NCBI RefSeq assembly: GCF_009914755.1
Contig: NC_060934.1
DNA: 64,000 bases
Strand: one strand, 5' to 3'
Source of the DNA: the human T2T-CHM13v2.0 reference genome, Homo sapiens
The notes under the pieces are model-generated. The model was not told the origin of the DNA. It did no database searches and worked only from the letters and a program-made list of their open reading frames with translations. Position 1 is the stretch's first letter; every line of letters begins with the position of its first letter. Positions 25,890-39,074 of the stretch are shown piece by piece. Position numbers and translations under genes: made by a program.

Positions 25890-26040
25890 TTTTTTGTTGT
25901 TATTGCTGTTGTTTTGTTTTTTTGTTTTTTTTTGAGACAGGGTCTTGTTCTGTTGCCTAGGCTGGAGTGCAGTGGTGCTATCGCTGCTTACTCTAGCCTC
26001 AAGCTCCTAGGCTGAAGTGATCCTCCCACCTCAGCCTCCC
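25890..26040 (-). mobile_element. Partial Alu (J-type right arm/FRAM)
   Basis: ttttgagacagggtcttgttctgttgcctaggctggagtgcagtgg...gatcctcccacctcagcctccc. Confidence 0.85.
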
Positions 26041-26664
26041 TTAATTAACATTTACTTAAATAAGAAATTATGTGAAAATTTTGCTTGACTCTGATCAATA
26101 TCCATTTATTTCTTTGTGATCTTTAAGTGTAGTATTTATGGAATGATTGCTACTGAACCCCTGCACTATGTTAAATACTGCTTAAGATATGGCAAGGTTT
26201 CTAAAATATTCTGAAGAAACCATGGTATAACATTGAAAATAGTTGGATTTTGCTTAATTGTGTCAAAGTTCTGGAGAAGAAAAAGCCCTGGCTTCTTTAA
26301 GAAAGAGGTGGAGGCTTTGGCAGCCTGTAAAAACTGTTGGCACACTTCTTGTCATAGAAACCACTTTCCAAGTCAAGGAAGTCTTGATAAAGGAGGAGGA
26401 GGTAGAGTTCTGAGCTGGCTCTATGGGGCCTAAGAAACCATTTCCTGATTTAGAAAAAAGGTCACAGGGAAACACTATTTTATAAGCCTTGATGGTTTAG
26501 CTTTCTTTTTAGCTAATCCTCTAGGGATGAAAAGAGGTTCTTCAACCTACAAGAAAAGAAAGGCTACCCTTGATAGTAGCCCTCCAGATATAATGAGGAG
26601 GGTGGTACCAAGGTAAATGGTTGCTCAACACAAGTGCTAGTCAGAGAGGTGGCAGTGCAAGTCA

Positions 26665-26907
26665 GGGCTCTACCAAGATCTCAGACAATTCATTTAGTCT
26701 ATTCACACTTCAGTTTCTTCATACATTAAATGTGCATCATGCCGTTATTTCATAGAGCTGTTATAATCATTCATTTATTGAACAAATAGGTATTGAACGC
26801 TTACCATGTGCCAGGCCTGTGCAGATAAAGCAGACAGCCCCTGCTTTGATGGAATGATGAAATGAGATGATGCCTGCAGAGTCTACTGCAAGGAGTCAAT
26901 AAATGCT
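26665..26907 (+). mobile_element. MIR with a nested antisense L2 tail (~26768-26855)
   Basis: cttcagtttcttcat...catagagctgtt [cattcatttattgaac...catgtgccagg] gatgaaatgagatgatg. Confidence 0.6.
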
Positions 26908-27087
26908 GTGATGGAAGCTATTCTCCCAGTAGTGATAAGTACAAGCATCGAGAAAGGGCTATCTTCCAGGCTTTTTTTGTTGTTCATTGGAAGCACTGCT
27001 AAGTACAGGGCTACTTCGAAGTTCTAAAATTCAGGTAGACTACTGGAGTGTGTTTTTCTTACACTCCAGTGTAAGAAAACCCTGCTA

Positions 27088-27166
27088 AGATCAAGTTGGA
27101 TAAAGTTGCCATTTATGATAAAGTCAGATCAAGTTGGATAAAGTTGCCATTTATGATAACAAAGTC
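27088..27166. repeat. Tandem duplication with 34-bp identical core
   Basis: agatcaagttggataaagttgccatttatgataa at 27088-27121 and 27126-27159. Confidence 0.95.
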
Positions 27167-27303
27167 TTATGAAGGAAACGTCTTCAAATTATATTTCTAG
27201 GGTTGGTTTTTTTTTCTTTTAAATTTCCTATACTGGCATATTTGTTACGTGAACATGTCAGTAGTTAACAAGTGGTCAAATTTTATATGTAGACACTTTG
27301 AGT

Positions 27304-27413
27304 CCCTCCCTCCCTCCCTCCCTCCCTTCCTTCCTTCCCTCCCTTTCTTCTTCTTTTTCTTTCATCCTTTTCCTTCCTCCCTCCCTCCCTTCCCTCTTCC
27401 CCTTCCTTCCTTC
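27304..27413. repeat. (CCCT/CCTT)n polypyrimidine low-complexity tract
   Basis: Direct; ~110 bp, almost pure pyrimidine. Confidence 0.92.
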
Positions 27414-30400
27414 AATACAAAAGCATCATAAGTTAGATCTTGTCTGAAAAGCCTGATTCATTCATCTACAAAGGAATTGCCATAATCAAGGTGCCTCTGT
27501 CTACTACAGAAATGGATGTCATGAGCCTATTAGACATTAACAAATGTCTCTGGCAAGCAACAGAAAATGCTATAGCAGTGTTGTAATATTTGCGGTGATA
27601 ATATTTATATACTTCCAATCTTATTTTATTTTATAAAATATATTATTCCCTCTTAAATACTGATGTCCAAAGCTAACTTGAGACCACAGAAAAGACTTTC
27701 TAAGACATTTCTTCTAAGCATGGGCTTATAAGAAAGTAGCAGAGAATGATGCTTTTTGTGTACTGCAAGCTTGGCTGCTATATGGCACAAATAAGGCTGT
27801 ATTTCTATTACCTATCAATGAACAAATCTATCAACCAATGAACAATTATTTAGTATCTGCTTTGTGCAAGAACCATGTTGGATCCCAAGGGAGTTACCAA
27901 AAAAAGTAATTAAATAATAAAACAGAATTCTGCCCTCTGAGGACCATGTAGTTGAAGCGGTAACAAAAGGTTAATTAACAATTAAAAGTCAAGTGACAGT
28001 TGTTCCCCCCAAAATCATAAAGGGGAGAGTTTTGGGAAGGTTTTGTAAGGAAAGTACTCTTTCAAAGACAGGCAGGGTTTATTTTAGGTAACTCATTTTC
28101 TAAAACATGTCTAAAGGCAAACTAGGGAAAAATGTCTTCCTAGGAACTTGAGCTGCCATGTGGTACAAACCAGACTGTATTTCTCATATTTATCAGCCAA
28201 CAGATTCAACAGTCAACAAGCATTCCTTGAATATCTGCTTTGTACAAGAACCAATGCTGGATTTTTAAAATTTGTTTTTTTAATTTTGGAACTTAATGAA
28301 TTTTAGAACATATGTGTTGAATATTTGAGGACAGATTTGCAACCTCTGTAATGTTCTAGGAGAAGTTGAGCCCAATTTCCTTGAGCCAGCAGCCTCCCCA
28401 GCTTCCCAGAGCCTCGGAGGCTATGCTTTTGGCATTCCCCATAGCATAGATGAAACAAACACACCATTTGAAAGCCCAAAGTGTAAGAATGATTACATTC
28501 TGCTGAGCCCTTCTCTGATCACAGGAATTTTGCATCTGAGTAAACAGGGAGTTGAGGCTGGAGGCTGATGGATGTGAGGGGCTACTTCCTTAAACTTTAA
28601 AGCAAGCACGGTTCCTTTTATCAGACAGTGGAATTACTTTGGTTTAGAAGGAACTCATGCACAATAACCTGGTAACTCTCAAAGTGAAAATAGGGACTTG
28701 CTCCTTGTTCATTTCCAGGCTCATGGGAGCTGAACCATGAATTAAGAGTTTGGCTCATTAGGAAGGACAGACGATTGGGCACGCTGTGGAGCCAACATGT
28801 TTTATGAGGCTGGGAGTAGGTTACACAAAGTGGCACAGACTAAGAAAGGAAGATATTTGGAAATATTTTTTCTGCTTAAAGCTCTGAGATTGCAGAGGGT
28901 TTTCTTAGCTCTGTGGAATTTCTTTAACTGCCTTGGGATTTCTAGGTTTCTAAGAAGCTTGAGGTGGCTGTTAACCTAATACACAGTTGAAGGAAGCCAA
29001 GACAGCCTCCCTATGCCAGCCATGTGGTAGGATGTCTTCTTAAAAGACTCTTTGAAATCAAACATGTAAGGAAATCCTTCTTTTCTGAACTAGAGCCTCT
29101 GAAACTGGGTCAATAGCTCTCATCCTTGTCTCCTGCTTGCTTTGCTGAAGCACAGTGTAAGCAAATAAATATCAACGAATTGCTTAATGATTTTCATAAG
29201 GCTCCATCCTTTCAAGGCAAGGGGCTCTCCTGAAATGTTTGATCTGCTCTGTATGAATCTGTTTTCCAAATGGCCAGCACATGTCGAGGCCTGCTGTCCT
29301 CTGGGTTACAGGAAGATGCCTTTGATGGGTTAACCGCAGAGTAACTGAACTCTTTTCAAGTCCCTTTCCAAAGTTCCTTTGTCCTGCTGTGGATCTTGCC
29401 ACTTGGATTGGATCAGCAGGAGACTGCTCCTGGCAGCAGGTTCTAGAACATTCTCCCTCTGATTTGAGCTTGGTCACTGGTTAATGCCATCTGAAATATG
29501 GCATTCCAAAGGTTGAAAGGCAAGCACCAGGCAGTGATGAAATAGTTACCCAAACTCTAGATGAGCCACTCAGACTTTTCCAGCATTCTGCACCCAATTT
29601 GTGCCTGAATGAATTTCCTTAAAGCCAGATGAAGTTATCATCATTTTCAACTGTCTTGTTATTAGCAAAACATCTCAGCAGCTGCCCGATGCTGCTTTCA
29701 GTTGGATATTACCACTTTGGTAGTGGCCTTCCACATTCTGTAGTGTCCTTTCTTTCCCAGGCTGGGTGGAAATGTTTAACCAATAACTTTCTCAATATCT
29801 TGCACATACATAATAAAATGGTAATTTGGTTTGGTTTATTTCTACAGATTTTGATACACATTCAAGTTACAGCATAATGGCTGGGACTTACATGGTTATC
29901 ATCAAGTTGAGGGCAAACTGGAGAAAGTTTTCCCTTCTCCAACAAGAGGAAGAAGAAAAGGGCAATTCTGGTAGCTGCTAGCTGGTGGGTCCAGTGCCTT
30001 GGGCACAGAGGAATTATTGAGGACCAAAATATTATATTTTGTTATTTTCTACAAAATTTAACCTTTTGTGAAGAAATCTTAATGATAACCCAAAAATGTA
30101 ATAACTATTTATAAAAACATAATGAAAGATATAATAGAGCAAGATGTAAGGAAATGGAGACATCTTTCCTTCTTCGCTCTGTTTTCAAAGTTAAAATACT
30201 TTTATCAATAACATTGCCATTATTAGGCAATACTTAACTCTACATTTTCTATATACTTACAAGGTAACCATGTTTTTTCTTACCTTCTGTGATTCTGGCT
30301 ATCCAAAACCCTCATCTCCTTATCTATCCGTATACTGAGTAAACTGCTGGCAGCTTTGGGCTAGTGCAACAAATCTATATCAAGTAGTGACTCTGCCTGG

Positions 30401-30619
30401 CGCAGTACTAGCTTGGGCTTTAAAAGCCCATAATACTTTTTTTATTTTTCCTCTTGATATTAATTGAAATCAGGTGATGGCAAAAAGTCCTTTTTTTAAA
30501 AAAAAAAAAATTTAGGCTACTGGCACTAAATTCTCTTAAATAGTCATTTCCTTCTCATACAAGAAATACTTGCTAATTTCAGACCAATCTTCAAACTGTA
30601 TTTTCTATTTTGGTTAATT

Positions 30620-32162
30620 GAATTACCATCCACCCAGCCACCTCGTCTAGAAAGCTGAGAGTCATAATAGACTCTTTTCTCTTCATTACAACCTTCCTCC
30701 CACATCCAATCAATCACCAGCTTCTATCAATCTTCCCTCTTAATTATTACTGAAATCCGCCCTCTCCTCTGTCTCTGGCATCAGAGCTTTTCTCCAGCCT
30801 TTGACATCTTGAATCTCCTATCTAGATTTGCCACCATGACCTCCTCCTAATCATTCCCTTAGCCTCTACTCTCTTTCCTCTTCTAATTTATTCTTCTCCA
30901 TTTTCATACAAAGCTTATCTTTATCCAAATTAAAATTTAATAACTAATATATCATGGAGCTATGATTTAAACCAGTTGGCAAAGATTTTTTTTTTCAAAA
31001 AATCATGACTAGGTGTAAAATTTTACTGAATGTTTTTCATTATTTATCATCATATGTCTATAATAAATTATATAATTGATTTTCTTATGTTAAATTCTTA
31101 CATGAAATGTAAGAATTATTTTCTATGATATTTATATATATATTCCATCTGGATTGCTTGCTAGCATTTATTTAGTACTTTGGCATGTCTGTTTGTATGT
31201 GAGGTTGATTCTCATTTTGTACTTTTCCGGGTTTGACATCAGGGTTATAATAGCTTTATAAAATATTTGTAAAATATTTTTCTTCTGGAATGGTTATTTG
31301 TTAGGGGTTATTATTTCTCCCTTTAATTTTTCAAAAAAAAAAAAAGTCCGCAAAGTTTTCTGGAGCTAGTCTTCTTTTGTGGAATATTTTTGACTATTGA
31401 ATTAATTTTTTCCTCGCTGGTTATAGGTTTATTTAATGTCAATTTCTTCTCAACTTAATTTCCATAATTTATGCTTTCTAAAAATTGTACAATGTATCTA
31501 AAGTTTTAAATATATTGGCCTAAAGTTGTTCATGTGATTCTCTTATGATTTTTAAATATTTACTTTTTGTTTCAATGTCCCTTTTCATGTCTAGTACTGT
31601 TTATTTCTGCCTCTTAAAAAAATCAGTCATGCCAGGAGTTCATCTACTTACTTTTTTTGAAACAACCAGCTTTTCATTTTGTTGATCAGATGATCAGCCA
31701 TTCATTCTTGACACCACCACAAGAGTAATTTTTTGGAAACTCAAATCCAGTTTTAAAAACCTATCAGTGGCTCTCCACACCATATTCAAGCTCCCACCTC
31801 CTAACAGATTCACTAGTTCATTTCTCCACACTTAGTCCTTCCTGTTCTCCCCTCCGGCAATATCAGATTCCTTCTAGGCCCCAAAATGTCAGCCCATTTC
31901 ATGCTCTGTGCATTTATACAGACTTTTTTGTTGTTCTGTTTTCTATTTGGTCAAAATCTTTAAATTCCACCTCAAGTTTTCCTCTTTTCTCTCTCTGTCT
32001 CTCTGTCTCTGTAATTACTTCCTTCTCTGCTTTGTTTTTGTGCCTTACCCATATTCCTATGTTTTCCTCTATCATCATGTTTTATGTGTCTGCCTGCCTC
32101 CTGGACCAGGAGACCCTTGATGGAAGGTGCAATCTATTTTTCATCTCTGTATTCCTAGAACT
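30620..32162 (+). mobile_element. L2 LINE interrupted by L1M
   Basis: ccatccacccagcc...ccacatccaatcaatcacca; resumes at ~31700 and ends tcatctctgtattcctagaac. Confidence 0.7.
30995..31690 (-). mobile_element. Old L1M (L1M5/ME-like) ORF2 fragment
   Basis: gggtttgacatcagggttataatagc...ggttataggtttattta...aaccagcttttcattttgttgatc. Confidence 0.75.
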
Positions 32163-32715
32163 TTTAACTTATTTCTCTTATCCCCATATCTTTCCTTTTT
32201 TAAACTGGAAAGGCAAAAAATAGAGAAGAGATTACCCAATGTCCCTTTCCTCTATTTTAAGAAAGGTTGGCATCCAACCCCTCCAACTAAGATGCTGACT
32301 AAACTTACTTTCCTCTTCCTCCCTTGTCAATATGCACTTAGCATTGAATCACCTATTTGCTAACATCTTCAATCTTTCAATTTTAGGCCAATATTTTCTT
32401 CTTATAGGGTCCAAAGTAGTTTATGTTCAGACATTTCAATGCATTAAAAATACCACAGTAGAATTTAATCAGGTTGCATAATGTTTTCCTCATAGCATTT
32501 ATTTATAAACTTATGCACTATTTAAGTAGAAGGGAAGATAAAATTTTATGACCAATTCAACTACATTTTAAAACCTTCATATTTGGGCAAAATATTCTAA
32601 GTAGGTAATTCAAAAAAAAATCTCTGTTTTTTTTCTCATAGTTTGTCTCATCTAGGAACTTAAACTTTACAACAACCAACCTCGATATGAATTACACAGG
32701 ACAAGATGCTGTTTA

Positions 32716-33270
<555 letters not shown>

Positions 33271-33649
33271 ACTTGCATGCTAGGAAATCACAAATATGCC
33301 TACTTTGCAGATGATAAATTCAAATTTACAAGATTATTACTGAGGCATTCAATGTCAGCTTAATTAAAGAAAATCCCATTTTCCCTGAAGCTCTGCTGGC
33401 TTTCTGAACTTTTTGTCCTGGAACAATACTCTGTGCTAACCCATTTTATTTTCATTGGTTTAGTCAAAGGACAATGAGTCAGACACTGCAGTTTGGGAGT
33501 CTTGAGTTCCATTTTGAGCATGCATAGTCCAGTGACCTTGGACAATCAATGGGACATTTTTTTGTGAACCCTTTTTGCATTTCCCCAAAGGCAAAGCCTT
33601 AGTCCTATTCCTCCTTTCTGTCTGCTCAGCACAAACTTGGCAACATTCG

Positions 33650-36600
33650 TTACCAAAAATCAGGGCATCGATATTTTAATTCACAAGAAAAATCCAATTC
33701 ATGTAATATCTTTATCCCTCTATGAACTGCGGGGAAAAACGGAAGTAAGCAAGCCCAAATGTTCAGCCTAAAGCATTTGCCGATATTCCTTTAAAGTAAT
33801 AATCTCCCTGCAAGGCCAGCAGCTCTTTAACGGACACTTCACTTTGCTGTTGGAAAGAAAACCTTTTCTGTGTTCTCTGCCTCCACCTGAACTACTCAGT
33901 AACTGAAAGTCATTTTGTTTCTCCTATCACCCTTGGCAGCTATGTACACATTACCCATCCATTTCACTATCTAAATCAGGAGTTGAGGAAAAGTCCCTGT
34001 GGGAAGCCTGAATAGCCAGCAGCTGCGTTTGGCCTGGCCAGCTGAACTTCAGCCTGCATCTTGGCCCAACCCCAGGACTGATAACGCCTTTGCTAAGCTT
34101 TAGATTTCCCCAGCATTTGCGTGCAAAATGGAAAGGCTGGTTTCCTCTGTCCTGATGGCTTCTCTCAATGCTCTTCGGGCTTGTTAACTTGTTTTAGGCA
34201 AGAAGAGAGTGGGGGTGGGGGTTCCTGGGCCCAATCCGGGGTCTGCATGCTTCCAGCCTGCCCCAAGTTGTACAGCAAATGCTGACCTATATTCCAGTGA
34301 CACACACCAGATATGAGTAGGACATAACTGCCCAGGGCGCTGCCCACTCCCTCCTCCTCCTTGTTCCTCAGCCAGGAGGGCAGCCAGATCCGTACACCAT
34401 GTTCTGTCTTGTCAGCCGATGGTGTGACAGGCACCGGGGGGCTTATTAGGAGGCAACGCCCCCCCATAATATGAACCTCTGGGCCACACCACACTGTATT
34501 CTCTCCAGGAAGAGTAGCAGTAACCGAAAGGGTGCAGACAAGTTGATCTCTTGAGTTAGATCACAATGATTTCCTTCCAGCCATTGTTTTTGGACTGCTT
34601 TGCTGTGTTTCTTTAGAGTGGGCAGATGGCAGGATCCTGGAGGTGTAAAACAGCTACAAAAAACAAGATGATTCAAACAGAAGGAATATGTATAAACCCT
34701 GCTGTATCATCTCGATATTAATCAAGAGACTTGGCTTTTCCTTCCCCCTTTGCAGGATGTTTAAGGTTTTCATGCTTTTTTTTTTTTCTTTCTTTCTTTT
34801 TAAAAGAAGGACACACTGTGTAAATGGGCCACTTTTGGGGTTTTGGCTGAAAAGTTGGTGTCATTTTTGCATTCAGTTTATTTTGAGGACAAGCCCAACT
34901 GAGAGACTTTACAGCAAGACCACTTACTTTGAGTAAATGGAAGAAAGTAAAAATGGAACCTCCATAGAAAAAAAGCTAATGCTGGGTAGCAAGGATGGTG
35001 CCATCCAAAGTACAGGAACCGAGCCTAAAAGAGACAATTTCAAGTTGAGTTGTGGTTTGCCACAGTGTCCTCGTGATCAGTTGAGTGGTCAGATGTCAGG
35101 GGTGACTGAAAATAAGTTCATTTTCCCACAGGGTAAAGGGAGAGAAGAAAAAAAGGGGAAAAAAAGGAAAAGCTTTGCCCATATGAAACAAATACTTTAA
35201 AATTTCAGAGTTTATCTGGCATCAGCTCGAAGATTTACCATCATCCATGTGACTTTTGTGAAGAGCACTGAAGAAGAAATAACAGTTGTTGCTTTTGATT
35301 AGCATAACATTTTACCCCCCTCCCTTTTCTCCCTAATGATCACAAATAGTCCTTTATGGTGTGATTGCCCAGCACCATTGTTCGTTCAAAAGATCTGAGA
35401 GCAAGGGTCTTGGGCTTACGTTATTAAGGCGCTGGCAGGGAGAGGAGAGCTAGGCAGAATGATCTCAGGCAAAGAGCTGCAGTCTCAGAATCAGAACACT
35501 AACAGAACCCCGGACCTTCCTAATTCAACCTGAGGTACAGCTTGGCTTTATGATGGCAGCCGCAGAAACGTCTTTTCATGCTGCATGTGTGCAGGAGGAC
35601 TCTGAGATTCAAAGAGTTAAAGTATCATCTGCAATGGGAAAAAAATGGCTTAACCACAAATTCACCCTGTGCTGGGCTAGTTGTGTGTTATTGCATATAT
35701 GTGATTTTCTTTTCTTTTTCTTTTCATTTTTTTTTCTTTTCAAATACTATTCTATTTCATGATCTCATATCCTAAAATGTCTCCTTTCTAATTTAGTGAG
35801 AGGGACTTCTGGTTCACCACCTGGAACAGGGTGCTTTCTTCTATCATATATGCCAGAAAAGCATTAAAATCTCAAAGGTGAAAACCCAGAGCATCAAATC
35901 ACCCATTGCAAAACCGAAGGCTTGATTCCTGATTTGGAAATCACGTAACAGGCAACCTCGAATCCCACCATCCTGATGCTTTTTCTTTCTGTTTATCTTT
36001 TTGTTCATGCATCCCAACCTAATTTCCTGATTTCACTGAGCCTGTAGCACCTTGAGCAATTCAGTGGCTATAAAATCTCCTGCCGACTTTGTTTTGGCTA
36101 GAATTGCAACCCACATGTGGGAGAATTAAGCTAAAACATCACAGAGCTAATAGCGTGCCTCTGTGCAGTGGCAGGCAGATCAGTAGAAAAAGGTGACATC
36201 ATGGATATTCCGGGACTTCAGGTCTGCAGTGCAAAGCGGCTTCCTCACTACACATCAGAGTCAGAACCTGGATTTGAGACAAAAACAACTCTCCCTTCTC
36301 ATAAATATCTGCTCTGGGGCTCAAAAATATTCTAAGTGCAACAGCTCAGAACTAGTCCCTTTCCCTTGGAGACTCATCTGACTTTCCAAATCCAATCACA
36401 AACTTTTTAATGGCATGTCATGAACCTCTCAGCTCATTATTTCTCTTCAAAGCCCTCCAGTTTGCCAGCTTAGAGCCTGTGAAGTGTTGTTTGATGATGT
36501 GCTGCACCATAAATAAGCACATAGGACATGCTAAAATCCATCCTTCACTACTTCTGGCTTTCCCACCAGGAATACTGCCATATAATCAGGGATGTGTGAT

Positions 36601-37090
36601 TTGCAGCAGTTGTTCTGAACTGAGAGTTTTGTTGTTTTTTTTTTAATGCGTCCAGTGTGTAATGTAGGTAATATAACAGATTTATCATGTTTATATAAAT
36701 CCCGCTTTTTTTTCCTTCCCGTTCCTTTCCCTTTCCTCCCACTCTCTCTCACGGCTAGAATTTTGGAAGCAAAGAAAGTAGGTGTAGAGACAGACCTTCT
36801 AAAATAGCCATCACAGCTTTAACCATTCCTTACTGCAAGAAATCAACGCATTGGATAATTTCCCAAGTCTCTTAACACCCAGCGTTCCCTCTGATGTCTA
36901 AGTTGTGAGCAGACAACCATTTTACATGTGTAACCAGCCATGAAGGTTAGCATACAGAATGGAGGTTACTGTTGTAATCAAATAAAGCTCACACAGGCTA
37001 ATCTGACATGTGTTTTGACTATTTTTTCTAGCCGTATGGTAATTAGGCCAAAATGGAAAGCAGTTGACCCAAATAGCTGTCACTTGTATT
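33650..37090. promoter_or_regulatory. Repeat-free candidate regulatory region (enhancer/promoter cluster)
   Basis: ~3.4 kb with no recognisable TE; ETS, kB-like, E-box, KLF/SP, CCAAT, GRE/ARE, CArG-like and RUNX motifs. Confidence 0.45.
34391..34405. promoter_or_regulatory. Near-consensus glucocorticoid/androgen response element
   Basis: CGTACAccaTGTTCT vs consensus GGTACAnnnTGTTCT (11/12). Confidence 0.5.
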
Positions 37091-37109
37091 GTTTTGTTAT
37101 GAATCACGG

Positions 37110-37525
37110 TGAGATTAAGGAAGGATGTGTGCAAAGATCCTGAGGTGGGAAAAAATCTTGGTGACTTCAACAAGCTGAAAGAAGGTGAGAATGGCCAGAG
37201 TCGGGGAGAAAGTGGAGGAGAGATGAAGCTGGAGGAGGGCAGAGCCTGGCTTGGAGGGCCCTGATAAAGACAGGGCATTTTATTCTGAGAAAGGGCAGAA
37301 ATGCACACAAATGATCAAACAAAATCACAATACATGCAACAGAGGGGGCTGGCCTCATTTGTAGAATCAGAGAGGACCCCAAGGAAGTGACATATACTTA
37401 GGAGTTTGCCAGATAAGAAGAAGGCAGTCAGATGAAGAAGGGGGAAGTGAGGGTTGAGCAGAGGGAACAACATATATAAAGGCCTTAAGGTCAGAAAAAA
37501 TAGAATGAGTTCGGAGAATTGACTA
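37110..37525 (-). mobile_element. L2 fragments
   Basis: gtgcaaagatcctgaggtgggaa...; gcagagggaacaacatatataaaggcc. Confidence 0.7.
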
Positions 37526-37529
37526 GCAG

Positions 37530-38225
37530 AGCTGGACAGGCCTGGCATTGAGTGCCCAGTCTGCCATTTACTGTGTGACCTTGGGCCAGCTATTCTCTCT
37601 GAGTCTCAGTCGCCTCGTCTGTAAAACAGGAACAATAACAATGCCTACCTCAAGGGGTTGTGGTAAGGATTAAGTGAAGTACATTAAAAAGTGGCAAATA
37701 ATAAGTGCTTGTGGTAGATAGACTAATAGCCTCCCAAAGATTCCTATATCCTAATCCCTGGAACCTGAGAGCCTGTTATGCTACCTGGCAAGCAGGTTGC
37801 ATGTGGAATTAAGTTTGCAGATCTGCTGACTTTAAGATTAACCTGATCACCTGGGTAGGCCCAATATAATCACAAGGATCCTTTAAATGTTGAAGAGAGA
37901 GGCAGAAGAGTCAGTTTCAGAGTGATGAGATATGAGAAAGACTTAACCTGCCATTGCTAGCTTTGGACATGAAAAGGGGGCACTAGGCAAAGAATGCAGG
38001 CAGCCTCTAGTTGCTGGAAAAGGCAAGACAATGGATTCTCACCTAGAGCCTCCAGAAAGAAACACAGCCCTACTGACACCTTGATGTGAGCTCAGAGATG
38101 TTGTGGATTTCTGACCTCTGCAACTGTAAGATGATACGTACATGTTGACTTAAGCCACCAAGTTTTTAATAATTTTTTACAGCAGCTGTAGGAAACTATT
38201 ACAGTACTTAATAAAATGTTAGCTG
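37530..38225 (+). mobile_element. MIR split by MLT1D
   Basis: tgtgtgaccttgggcc...ctgtaaaacagg; tail ttaataaaatgttagct resumes after the LTR. Confidence 0.8.
37710..38203 (+). mobile_element. MLT1D solo LTR
   Basis: TG...CA ends; cctaatccctggaacctg, gcagcctctag..gctggaaaaggcaag; 5-bp TSD gtgct/gtact. Confidence 0.92.
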
Positions 38226-38409
38226 GTAATTTAAATTTTTCCCTTATTAAGTGATGTCCCTTTTGTGATGAGCAAGTTCAGAAAGATCTATATCACACTT
38301 ACGTATCTAGAGTCTTCGTCTGGATTCATTTTCACTTTACCATCTACCTACTGTTCTCAAAATAAATGTTATACATAGTGGCAAAGAGCACAAATTCTTA
38401 CTTATTGTA

Positions 38410-38884
38410 GTACTGACTGACTGCAAACAACAGAAATGGACTCTAACTTAATCAGGAAAGGCATTTGTTGTCAAAGTATTAGATAGTTCACAGAATTAAC
38501 TGGAAGCCTGGAGGATCAGATTCAGAAAATTAGCAAGAGTCCAGAAAGATCACACAGCAGGTAAGAGGGCCAAGATCAAGACAAGGAGGGTTCAGAGGCT
38601 GCCCCTGGACACTCATTTCCAGTGGTGCTGGACTCCCAATGCCATCACTGATGCTATGGATAATTTTTCAACGCTCAATCTTTGTATTATTCAATATTCC
38701 AAGTTCTGGGCAAAAATGTCCAATTGGGATCATTTAGCTCTGACAGAGGTGGGGTCAGCCCCTTTGGTTTCCATATTGATTGATAGTACCCTCCCTCCCA
38801 CCAAGATGTTTACAGCAGATGATTTCCCCAAGCATGAAGCTATTGTGGCCCAGGTAACTCCCAACATGACAAATGACCACCACA
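38410..38884 (-). mobile_element. Old MLT1 (M/N-like) LTR
   Basis: tgcaaacaacagaaatggactct...aaatgaccaccaca. Confidence 0.55.
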
Positions 38885-39074
38885 ATTAACCTCTTGCAAC
38901 TGCAGTTTTCTTGTCCGTACAGTGGGGATAAGAATCTCTACTACATTCCAATTGTGGAGAGTTAATTGAAGTTTCCTGAACATGCTGTCCATGTGCCTTC
39001 TGCTGTTCCTTCTGTCTGGAATGATATCTCTCCTTATCTGTCTAGTGACCCTCTACTCATTCTTCAAGACTAGT

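Noticed and set aside
27088-27166. Direct repeats of CRISPR-like length
   Set aside because: Only two adjacent copies, no spacers, mammalian DNA; an ordinary tandem duplication
34937-35200. 87-aa ATG ORF inside the TE-free island
   Set aside because: No homology recognised; the K-rich tail comes from A-runs; no supporting exon structure
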